A stretch of DNA of 64,000 nt. Origin: Podarcis vaucheri. Its lineage: Eukaryota. Where the stretch lies: assembly GCA_965113315.1 (NCBI GenBank), contig OZ220370.1; one strand, 5' to 3'. Shown here piece by piece: positions 51,025 through 62,817 of the stretch. The position numbers and the translations under genes were made by a program. The notes under the pieces are model-generated. The model was not told the DNA's origin and did no database searches. It saw only the letters and a program-made list of their open reading frames with translations. Numbering within the stretch: position 1 is the stretch's first letter; the number at the start of each line of letters is the position of its first letter.

Positions 51025-53445
51025 ATGGACAACAGGCACAAAGCGAAAAATGGGTCGGTAAAAAGGCAAGTACCACTCCTCTTGTTATTGTCCTTGTTGT
51101 GCCAGACTGCCTCAGAGCACGTTCAGTATTCTATCGCTGAGGAAATGGAAAAAGGCTCCATTGTAGGAAATCTTGCCAAAGATTTGGAGCTGAATGCTGG
51201 AGAAATAGCAAATCGCAATCTGCATATCCTTTCCCTAGGTAAAAAGCAATATTTCTCTCTCAGTGCAGAAAATGGGAATCTATATGTAAATGACAGGATA
51301 GACAGAGAAGGAATATGTGGGAGCAATGCATATTGCCTCATTAGTTTTGAAGTGATGGTTGAAAATCCTATGAATATTTTTCATGTTACTGTACAGATCC
51401 AGGATATCAATGATAACGCACCACATTTTGTGAATGAGAATATCAAACTAGAGACAAGTGAACTCACTTTGCCAGGAGCCCGATTTGTGCTTGGGTTTGC
51501 TGAAGATCCAGATGTTGGAATAAATTCTCTCCAGAATTACCACCTTATGCCCAATCAGTATTTCATAGTAGAAGCTAGAGAGAGAGAAGATGGGAAGAAA
51601 TATGCAGAATTAGTACTGAACAAACAGTTGGATCGTGAAAGTGAAAGCAGTTTCCATTTAATTCTTATGGCTCTGGACGGAGGGAAGCCTGCCAAAACTG
51701 GTACAGCCAAAATATGGATCAGTGTCATTGATGTAAATGATAATTCACCAATCTTTACACAAGAAGTATACAAGGTCTGTCTTAAAGAGAATACCCCAAA
51801 AGGATCTTCAGTAATACAAGTGAAAGCCACAGATAGAGATGAAGGCTCAAATGGTCATATCACGTATAGTTTTAGCAACATCCCTGAAAACACTCACAAA
51901 AAATTCTTCCTAAATCCCCAGAATGGGACAATTACAGTTAAGGAGTTGTTGGACTACGAAGAAGCAGAGAAATATGCAATGACAGTAGAAGCAAGAGACG
52001 GAGGTGGATTAGTGACTCATTGCAGTGTTGAAATAAAGCTATTAGATGAGAATGACAATGCCCCAGAAGTGATCCTGGCTTCCTTATCCAGCCCAATTCC
52101 AGAAGATTCTGCAATAGGAACCCTGGTAGCCCTTATCAATGTAAACGATAAAGATTCTGGAGACAATGGGAACATTACTTGTCATTTACAAAGTCATTGG
52201 CAATTTAGAATAATTGCTACATCCAATAACTTCTATAAGTTGGTTACAGATGCACCCTTGGACAGAGAAAGCACTCCAGAATACAATATCACAATTATAG
52301 CCACAGACAAAGGTGCACCACCTCTTTCCACCCACAGAACCATCTCCCTGCAGATTTCAGATATCAATGATAACCCCCCAGCTTTTGAAAAAATTTCCTA
52401 TGTCACCTATTTGTCAGAGAACAATCCAGCTGGAACTTCCATTTTCCGTGTAAAGGCTACAGATGAAGATCTAGAGTACAACTCGCAAATCACTTATTCT
52501 CTGCTCAATAGTAATATGGAGAACCTGCCTCTGTCCTCTTATATCTCCATTAACTCAGAAAATGGCATGATCTATGCCCAACGCTCCTTTGACTATGAGC
52601 AAATCAGGGAGTTTCAGTTCCAAGTGAAAGCACAAGATGGTGGCTCCCCACCACTCAGCAGAAACACCACAGTGAAAGTGTTCATTGTGGATCAGAATGA
52701 TAACAATCCTCAAATCCTCTACCCTTCACAGGAAGTCAAGGGTTCATCCTTGTTTGAGATGGTGTCTCGCTCAGCAGAAGAAGATTATCTGGTGACCAAG
52801 GTAGTGGCAGTAGATGCTGATTCTGGACATAACGCCTGGCTCTCTTACCACCTGCTTCAGGCTACAGAGCCAGCATTGTTCAGAATTGGGTCCCACACTG
52901 GGGAGATCAGGACCTCACGAGCTTTTCTGGAAAGAGATGCTGTGAAGCAGAAGCTCATCATCTTAGTCAAGGATAATGGGCAGCCACCACTATCTGCTAC
53001 TGTGAGTCTCAACCTGGTGTTTGCTGAGAACTTCCAAGAGGCACTCCCAGAAGTGAGCAGTGAAATTATTGATTCACATAATCAATCTGACCTACAGTTT
53101 TATTTAGTACTGACTTTAGCTGTGATTTCATTCTTATTTCTCCTTACGGTGATTCTGGCAGTTGTTACGAAGCTTCGCACATCAAGCAGTCCTCAGTTCC
53201 TTCAGTGCTTTGGTCCTACTCCTTTTTCAAAGGCTGGTACTGTATTCCCACCGAATTTTGAAGAAGGGACTTTGCCCTACACCTACCAGCTCTGTCTGTC
53301 CTCAGAGACCAGGAAAAATGAGTTTGCATTCCTGACACCTAATGTTCAGATTGCAGACAATGTTATCTGTGATGACAAAACTGCTCCACCTTTTACAGGC
53401 AGCAGAGAAAACCATTTTAATTCTGAGATGGATAATGCAAACATG
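51025..53445 (+). CDS. PCDHGB: Protocadherin gamma-B-like variable exon 9 (divergent, B2-like ectodomain with B1-like tail)
   Basis: ORF 50986..53496. ATG at 51025 (MDNRHK) aligns with paralog starts; an in-frame upstream ATG at 50986 is also possible. Donor ATG|GTGAGT after 53445 (807 codons). Confidence 0.9.
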
Positions 53446-55099
53446 GTGAGTTTTCATTCTAGATATTATTCACATTATCTCCTGCACTACTTTTAAACTG
53501 TGTCTATATATGAAGAACTATATTGTAGATAGTGGATGTATCTTCCAATAGATTCATAATGATGTACAGTCTGAGGAAAAGAAATATACGGTAATTTCTT
53601 TTATAACAGATGCTAAATAGTCCTTGTTTTTCTAGTTGCTGAAGCAATCATTTTATCTATATTAATTCTGACTAATCCTACTGTCGTTATAGACGTGCTC
53701 TGTAGTTACTTATTTACAGATCTACATATTGCCATCTATATGGATACTTAATAAGGCGGTTAAATGTGCATACATGTCACAGTCTGGAAGTGACGGGAGT
53801 GGAGAAGGAGGAAGGAAGAGGACGTGATAAATAATTTTGGATCCCACCCACTTAGTTCACATTTTATGATATCATTTCATAGCACCCCTGTGTGCAATGA
53901 AAATTGGGGTGCTTTACAATGTCTGCCATTTGCTACGGCAATATTCTTTCACCTTTAATTGCAGTGAATACTAGAGGAATTATTTATGCACCTAATAGAT
54001 AATTTGCAATGTCCTCAGTTTTCATTTGTTCTTATAGCTTGTACCTGCCCAAATTCCCAATCCTCAACTTAGAATTGAAACAATCAGCACCCTTCTGTGA
54101 TGTTGGGCTGTGCCATTTAAGATTTTGGATAGAGGAATCTAATATTTGAAGATTCCACACATTAGCCAAATAACTTCCTACCCAAACAAAATGATCAGGT
54201 GAGGAAAGAGGCAAAAACTAACTTAGCCCTGACAAGCTAGGATGGGCATTCAGGTTCAGATCCAGTTATCTGTGTGTGGATCCTTTGTTGCTGGATGAAG
54301 GTGGATGCATATTCCAAACATTCTGCAAAGCTTTTTTCTTAACTTATTTCAGAGATAGGGTGGTGGTAATTTTCTCCATATTTTTGAATTCGTTTGGTCA
54401 CTCATTTCGAATAATTTGCTATAATTCTACACTTTTATGATTATTATTATTTTTAAAAAGGAAAAAAGAATCAGTTTTCAAACCAGTTTGGAAAGAAAGA
54501 GATGATAAAGATTTCAGAGAAGCAGAGAATTTGAGAATACTTGATGCAGTTTTAGGTGACAAAATCAGAACTGGATAATTCATGTCATGCTTAGCATCAC
54601 AACACAGTATAAGATAAAATGTTTTTCCCCCTAAACACTTGACAGAATCACATTCCTACAGACATGCTTGATGTCAGATGAATCTTCTAGAAGTGTAGTG
54701 CTTATAGAAAGAAAGTTCTTGTGGTGTAGCTGTTTGACTGTTGGACTAGGGGCCCCTTGAGACAACCTGTTTATTGAGAAGTCATCCTGATTTGCTTGCA
54801 CAAAGCTTACTGGGGAGGCTAGACTATACAGTATCTTTATTGCACACTTGTTCTGATTTGTTTGCAGGGAGGTTCTGTGACAATGAGCATGGATCCTGAT
54901 TTGTTTCTGCAGCATTTATACATCTTCCCATGAATCATTCATTCACCTCACTCTTTCCAGGGCGTTTCCCTGGCACTTGCCTAACCACAAAAAGTCCCAA
55001 TTTTTTACAAACAGATTTGTTGTGCAATGGCATCAGAGCACTTCAGTTGAGTTTAATTGTGTGCTTGAATCCCTCCCACAATGTTCTGAAAGTTTGGAG

Positions 55100-55280
55100 A
55101 TGAAAGGATTGGGGAGAGATAGGTTAAAATCCTCACTCAGCCATGAAGCGCACTGGGTGAACTTGAGCCTGTCACTGACCTATCAACCTAACCAACATCA
55201 TTTGTATTGTGAAGAGAATAGAGGGCTGGGAGCCATGTAAGCTCATTGGAGGAAAGGCAAAATATAACTATAATAAAAAA
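55100..55280 (+). mobile_element. Old CORE/MIR-like SINE (similar copy at ~60325-60530)
   Basis: CACTCAGCCATGAAGCGCACTGGGTGAACTTGAGCC..CTAACC..TTGTGAAGAGAA...; recognised by eye. Confidence 0.45.
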
Positions 55281-55421
55281 AATATTAGGAGTCCTTTAAA
55301 ATCCATTTTTGTATTTATTTGTAGTTCTCTGCAGGACCTGTTTGAGACTGCATGTAAACATTTCAATCAGAAAAACAGTATTGTTTAAAATAGGATTCAG
55401 CAATTCTCAGGATTCAATATT

Positions 55422-55424
<3 letters not shown>

Positions 55425-55455
<31 letters not shown>
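55425..55455. repeat. (TG)n microsatellite
   Basis: Read directly from sequence. Confidence 0.95.
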
Positions 55456-55457
<2 letters not shown>

Positions 55458-56404
55458 ACATACACACACGCCTGTGCTTGAACGCAGTGGATCTTCTGAG
55501 AGATAAACTACTTGTTACATAGGAGCTCTGCATTTGGTGATCCTAATATAATTTTCTTCTTTGTAGAAGCAGTCGTGAAGGTTTTCTAATTTTGATCAGG
55601 GCCACAACATGAGAATGGGTGGGTCTAATGTTTTTCTCTGTGCCAGAACCTCAGTGCAGATCACCCAAAGCAACATGTTGGGGGGAAATGGGAGCCTGAT
55701 TAGGGTACCCCCTGCATCACGGCACTGATCCATGTCACAGGGTCCACACATGCTATTTTAATGTACCATGTATTCGTCCTTGAGTAAATGCGTATATGAA
55801 TGTGTATGTTATGGGCACAACCCTTCCTGTTACCTTATCCTTATATTTCTTGAGATAAAGTTGCCCTGAGCAAATTTGGGGGCATGGGTGGGATAAACAT
55901 TTTAAAAATAAATATTTTGGAAACATATTTTATCATTATTTTATTCCCATAATTTAAGTTATCTATTTTTATAATAGAGTAAATTCTAGATAGCACGGAA
56001 AAGATTTATAATCACGTGTGTGCATGCATATATGCACGTGAGTTTCTAGCTGGATTCCGCATTATTTAAAATCTGAACAGAAAAAAATGCTTATTAAAGT
56101 ACCAGAAAATATCAGGGGAATATATTTCATGATATTTCAGACAAGATCGTCACAGTGTCTAGCAACTTCCAAGAGACTGTGTGGAGAGTAACAGCCTACA
56201 ATAGCAGTATAATGATTATAAGCAGAGAACAATCAGTTTCCATGATCAGAAATGTGATTCAATCATGAACCTGGATTGCTACAAAATGTCACACAAATGG
56301 AGTGGGAGTTTTTATCTGGTCATCTACTGTACTTGCAGCTGATGTATCAGGATGAGAAATATACCATACTAAGGAAAATGGCATTTCAGAAAGCACCAAG
56401 AAGA

Positions 56405-56447
56405 TGAAGTTATTGTTTTAGGACTCTGGGTGTCGCTGTTTACCAAC
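56405..56447 (+). promoter_or_regulatory. CSE of exon 10 (CGCT)
   Basis: GGACTCTGGGTGTCGCTGTTTACCAAC; core identical to that of exon 1. Confidence 0.85.
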
Positions 56448-56717
56448 CAAGGCTGAACAATTTAGTAAGAGATTCAACTTTCCCATCCAACCGCTTCATT
56501 ACAGAAAATGCAGAAAGAGAGATCACACGTACGGAATCTGAACAACTGGAGGATCTTATATTAAATCAAATCTGTATTTTAAAATACAGGCAATAGAGAT
56601 ATCTGTGTTGTATGTGTGTATATATTAAGAATTTCAGTCACATACAGACAAATCTAAAATATAGCCACTCTATCAAAGAAGTAGGATCTTCACCTTGGCA
56701 CAGAAGTACAACTGGCA

Positions 56718-59129
56718 ATGGAAACCTTTTCCCAGGATTGCAGGAGAGCTGTCTTTTGTTTCATTCTGGTTCATGTTTGGCAAGCTGTTACAGGGCAGAT
56801 TCATTATTCCATCCCTGAAGAAGCAGAAAAAGGTTCTTTCGTGGGGCCCATCGCCAAAGACCTGAAGCTGGAATTAAAAGAGCTCTCACGCCGTGGAGTC
56901 CGCATTGTTTCTCGAGGTAGGACACAGTATTTTGCTTTGAATTATAAGAGTGGTCATTTGTACGTCACAGAGAGAATAGACAGAGAGGTGCTCTGTGGAC
57001 AAGTGGAAAAGTGTGTCTTGAATTTTGATACCATAGTGGGGGATTCAATGAAAGTATATGGTGCTGAAGTGGAAATCACAGATATTAATGACAACGCTCC
57101 CACCTTCCATTCAGAGAAACTGGAGCTCAAAATGAGTGAGACCACAGCACCCGGATCTCACTTTCCCCTCGATGAAGCTCAGGATCTAGATTTGGGCACC
57201 AATACCCTTCAAGGATACAAACTCAGCAACAGTAGCCATTTCTCCCTAAATGTGCAAGAGGCAGTTGATGGTAGACAATACACTGAATTGGTACTGGAAA
57301 GGCCTTTGGACCGTGAAGAGGAAGCTATTCATAATCTGGTCCTCACAGCATATGATGGGGGAGATCCAGTCAGGACAGGAACTGTACAGATTCAAGTGAC
57401 AGTTTTAGATGCTAATGACAATGCACCAGTTTTTAGCCATCATAGCTATGAAGTAAGCGTTAGGGAAGATACTCCTGTTGGTACCACAGTGGTTATATTA
57501 AAAGCCATTGACCTGGATGAAGGTGTCAACAAGGAACTGAAATATTCATTCAGAAAGATCACAGAAAGGGCTTCACAAATATTCCATTTGAATTCACAAA
57601 CTGGGGAAATTACGCTTGCAAGAGGCTTAGACTACGAGGAGTCTACACTTCATGAAATTGAGGTCCAGGTCCATGATGGTGGTGAACTCTTTGACAAATC
57701 TCAACTTTTGATATTTGTTACTGATGTAAATGACAATGCACCCAAACTGGAAATAACTTCACTTATCAGCTCCATCCCTGAGAACTCTCCACCAGCGACT
57801 GCAATAGCCCTTCTCAATGTGCAAGATGAGGATTCGGCAGAGAATGCAGAAGTCACGTGCTCTATCCCCAGCAACCTCCCCTTTCTACTGACAAAAGCCT
57901 ATGGCAACTACTACAGTTTGGTGACAGCAAGAGCCCTGGACAGAGAGCAAGTGGCAGCCTACAACATCACTGTCACAGTCACGGATCGCGGGACCCCTCC
58001 ACTTTCCACATCGATTGTTATTCCACTTGAGGTTTTAGACACAAACGACAACCCTCCACACTTCCTGCAATCCGTTTATACTTCGTATTTAATGGAGAAC
58101 AACCCAAGAGGGGCCTCCATATTTTCCCTGAAGGCTGATGATCCAGACTGTGGAGAGAACTCCAGAGTCACTTATTCCATCATTGAGCACAACATCAGTG
58201 ACTCCCCAGTATCTTCCTTCCTCTCCATTAACTCTGAGACTGGGATTGTCTATGGCCTGATCTCTTTTGATTATGAGGAGATGAGGGAGATGAAGTTCCT
58301 GGTCAAGGCTCAGGATGGAGGTTCTCCACCACTCAGCTCCAACGTCTCAGTGACTCTCTTCATCCTGGACCAGAATGACAACGCTCCCCAAATCCTTTAC
58401 CCTTCCCCTCCCACTGACGGCTCCACAGGGATAGAGTTGGCCCCTCGCTCCTCAGAGCCAGGCTACCTGGTCACTAAGGTGGTGGCCGTGGATGCAGACT
58501 CTGGCCAGAATGCCTGGCTCTCCTACCAGCTGATCAAGGCCACCGAGCCAGGGCTCTTCACTCTGGGGCTCCACACGGGAGAGATCAGGACGGCCCGATT
58601 CTTTCTGGAGAAAGATGCCCTCAAGCAAAGCCTGGTGGTTTTAGTGAAGGACAATGGGCAGCCACCTCTCTCTGCTTCAGCCACTCTGACTGTGGTGCTG
58701 GCTGATGCCATCCCTGCAATCCTCTCAGACCTCAGCAGCATCTCAGCGCCCTTGGAGCCTCCATCTGACCTCACCTTCTACCTGGTCCTTGCAGTGGCTT
58801 TTGTCTCCTGCTTGTTCTTCATCTTCCTCCTTGTGTTACTGGCCATCAAGTTGCACAGGTGGAGAAATTCTCAGCTGCTTGAGTCGGGGAGTGTGAATTT
58901 CAGTGGCGCTCCCGTCTCACAGTTTGTGGGGATCGATGGAGTCCGAGCATTTCTGCACTCCTACTGCCAGGAGGTTTCTCTCACCACAGACTCTAGGAAA
59001 AGTCAGTTTAATATTTCTAAGGCAAATTATTCCAATACTCTGAGCAATAAAGATACATGTGAAATAAAGGATCCCTTCCTCATTGCTGAAGATATTAGTA
59101 GCAGTAATGGAGATTCGGCCAATACACAG
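56718..59129 (+). CDS. PCDHGA: Protocadherin gamma-A-like variable exon 10
   Basis: ORF 56718..59168; tail [26 protein letters not shown]; donor CAG|GTGAGC after 59129 (804 codons). Confidence 0.93.
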
Positions 59130-60861
59130 GTGAGCTATCCCTTTCAGATCTGGTGTCTGAGGTTTTAAATATAATGCCTGCTATTAATTGTTATGTGCTT
59201 TTATGAAGAGGGGGTTGGAAGAACATTCTTCCACTCATATTATTTTATCTTTACCAGAATCTTATAGTTTTTGGTATTTGAAAATACCTACGCCACACAT
59301 ACAACAAGCACACCACTTTTTCCCATAAAAACTAGACTTCTCTTGGTCAAAAGAAATATTTGTCAGAGTCCCCCAGGAAACAAAGAATCGGAGTGAATGT
59401 TTGCTTACTCTCTTTGACAAGAAAAACTATTTCATAGTTGTTAAATAAGTAGATTTGAGATCAAAACAGTATTATGCATTTATTTGCCTTGTTGGAAGTA
59501 TAATGTATGCCTAGTTCTTAGATGACACACACTTCTAAGGGAGGACGATACCCAGGTTTTATCACTCACCACTCTTGTGGATGGGGAAATTCATTTCTAA
59601 CCTCACATATGGTGACAGACTCATAATATGATCAAAACTCATCAGCTGTATTTTCCCAATGGAAGCCTGAGACAGTTCAGGAGTTTGAGATGATTGGGAA
59701 GCTTTAGAACATGCTAAATTAAAACATTACAGTCATTATACGACAACTGCATTAATAAAATCTTATTGAGAAGTATGAAAACCTTTGGAGTTAATTATGT
59801 GCTTTCACACCTTGAGTATAAAATCTAGGGCTAGTTCATGTGAACAACTACATCACTTGTTAACTGTGTGAACACAGTTTGATCACTTGGCAGCTGAACT
59901 GATATGTTGGATTTGTGGGCTGAGTTTGTGTTTCAGAACATTCAGCCATTTTATTTGTGGTGTGACATCTGTGTTCACACTAGATGCTGCAGTCATCAAA
60001 TGATAAATATTCACATGTGGAACGGGACCTACTGTCATCTGTTTGTAAACCAATTTCATTGCACTCTTTGATTCTCCATAATATTAAATATTTAGTTATA
60101 GGAATTAGGCTTTATGTGACAGAGTATATTATTTTTAACCAGCAGTCTATGCATAGTGATTTCAGCTTATGTTTTTACCATTTTAGGAGAAAGCAAAGAA
60201 TGAGAAATATCTAGAAAAAGTATCTCAAATATGAACAGAAGATGTTTCACATAAGTAGACATATTAATAATAAGTGTATTGTGGCAATGCTTAGGTATGG
60301 CAGCTTTGAGAGGTTCTATATTTGAAGCCTGTGGTGCAATGGACAGAATGTTGAAACATGGAATCTTGAGTTCAAATAATTACTCATCCAAAAAGAAGCT
60401 CACTGGGCAGCGTTGGTCACATCTCTCTCAGCCTGGCCTTTCTCCAGGGTTGTTGAGAAGATAAAATGGAATGATCCCACACTCACATACCTCTAAGCTG
60501 CCCTGAACTTCTTGGAGGAAAAGTGGGATAAACAGGTGACCAATAATAATCTCTACTCCCCCACATTTGGAATTCTATAGCTGAGTGGTGGAATTCTATA
60601 GTTTGTTGTACTCAGAAGGTCCCAGATTCAATTCTTACCCTCTCCAGTTAAAGGATCTCCAGGAACATAGCTGGGAATGATCTCTCTGTGAGACCGAGAA
60701 GAGCCACTTGATGGGAAATGTGGTCTTCTCTGGTGTCTCATCTTAGAGCTGTACAGCAGCATAGTTTTTAGGATGTCTGGATTGCTCATGATCCTCCATA
60801 ATGGTAAGGTGGCAAAGCCAGGGGAACATGCAGCCTGTATGTATGATATGCAGACAATGTA

Positions 60862-61225
60862 CCGTATTTTTTGCACCATAACACTCACTTTTTTCCTCCT
60901 AGAAAGTAAGGGGAAATGTCTGTGCGTGTTATGGAGCGAATGCCTGCGGGTGTCGGGGGGGATCTGCTGCAGTCATGAGCAGAGGATCCATGGTTCCCCT
61001 TCCTTCTCTCCTCCATGGTTACAAAGCATGGATCCACATGGATCCTCAGGATTTTTGCATTGGGCTACTCCAAACTCACTGTCAGATCACATGTCTGTGG
61101 CCACAGCATGAACCACAAAAATCATATATCCACTATTTTGTTTAGAATATTTTTTTCTTGTTTTCCTCCTCTAAAAACTACGTGCGTGTTATGGTCTGGT
61201 GCGTGTTATAGAGCGAAAAATACGG
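60862..61225. mobile_element. Tc1/mariner (pogo/Tc2-like) MITE
   Basis: TA|CCGTATTTTTTGCACCATAACAC ... GTGTTATAGAGCGAAAAATACGG(G)|TA: imperfect TIRs with TA flanks. Confidence 0.72.
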
Positions 61226-61723
61226 GTAATTGACACAAGTATTTAGTAAAGTCACAAAGTAAGAGAAGTACATACATGGGTGGTTGGGTTTATTGGCTGC
61301 TTGTCCCACTAGCATTAGAACCTGCCTTGCCCTCAATGCCCATCTGAGACAGTCCCGTGCAGAAGGATATATGCCAACGCCAAAAGCAGCAACCCCACAT
61401 CTTCTCCTTTTCTCTAATCTGTAACATCTAATGAATCTTGTTGCAATTTTCCTCACTTCATTGGTTGCCACATGCATGGGTGGTGAAGCTTTGAAAGCAA
61501 TGGCATCATGTTACACCTTTTGTTTTACTTTGAGTTCTTTTGGTGAGAGGGGGAGACACAGAACTGCTGCTTTTGATGCCAGCCACATATCCTTTGAAAG
61601 AACACCTAGTTCCAGCTTTAACGCTATTCATTTTTCCCAAAAAGGTTACACAGAGAGATCTCTGGTCAGGCAGAAGTGTCCAATAAAGTATGAGCTTCTG
61701 ATTGAGAAAATGTAAATACTTCT

Positions 61724-62125
61724 TGTCAGGGAACTGCCATCAGTGTCCGAGGGAGAGAGCAAGCTCCAAAGGGATCCCAGAGAGCGTCCCGGGAGTGGGA
61801 GAGGCAGCCCATCTTCTGGGGAAGGGAATCAGCGTAGCTCCAGTGGAGAAGGGGGGCAGATGGGGGAATTGGCGAGGCGGTCCCATGACTCCTTGCCACG
61901 GACCAGCAGGGAGAGGAAGAGTCCTCCGCTGCCTACGCCCTCCTTGCGCAGAAGGCTTTCGCGCAGAGAGAGTAGGAGGAGACTAGGCGTCAAAGAGCTT
62001 CTTTGCTGGAAGAAGTTTAAGAAACGCCCACTGACGGATTCTGCCAGCGATTGAGACAGCCACGGGTGAGTGGCTGCTCGGACAGGAAAGGTTCACTCAG
62101 GCAACCCAGCCAGGTGCTGGGACAA
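61724..62125. mobile_element. Possible solo LTR (GC-rich insertion upstream of exon 11 promoter)
   Basis: Abrupt GC-rich block starting TGTCAGGGAAC and ending near ..GGGACA; no TSD found. Confidence 0.3.
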
Positions 62126-62511
62126 GCTTACGTATGAGCAAGCCCTGGAACCATTACACTTCTGCAAATGGAATTGTAAAAATACTGCATCTCTGGAAAT
62201 TTCTGATATGGCAATTTCAGGAGCTAGAATTTGTGGCATTTTTGTTGGCAATAATGAAAGTATTGCCTGACCATGGAGTTTGAAAGTTTTCTTCATAGTC
62301 ACAGTAGCAGTTCCAAGACATTAAAAGTCACTGGCCAGCATGAAAAAATCTAAAAAGTGAGTCTAAAAAGCAATGAAGTATTAATTCCAAAAGAGCCAAA
62401 GGAGGGCATTCTCAAATATCTGACTCTTTCAGTTGTCCTTTTTACTGGAACACAAAGATATGATCATACTGGTAGTATTTCTGCTTTTTATTTTCATAAC
62501 AAAACAACATT

Positions 62512-62554
62512 TGCAATTCTCTCTCTGAGCCTCAGAGTGTCACTGTTGGCCAGC
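62512..62554 (+). promoter_or_regulatory. CSE of exon 11 (CACT variant)
   Basis: TGCAATTCTCTCTCTGAGCCTCAGAGTGTCACTGTTGGCCAGC. Confidence 0.8.
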
Positions 62555-62817
62555 GTGGTGCCAGAAAAAAGGATGGAGATCTAGTTATGCTTCTCCTACA
62601 AAGTGAGTGTTTCATCAGTTCTGTACAGACTGGATGAAGAGAAAAACACAAAGGCGTTGCAGTCTGGCTGAAAAAAAGGAAAAGGCTCCCAATCCTCACA
62701 ATCTAAGAAAGAAGACAGTTTATATTTACTTACAGAGATTTCCTCTGTGTTATTGAGAAACTGATCTGGTCACTACAAGCTGCAGAAAAGGAGGCAGAAA
62801 ATTTCTCAGTGATCTGG

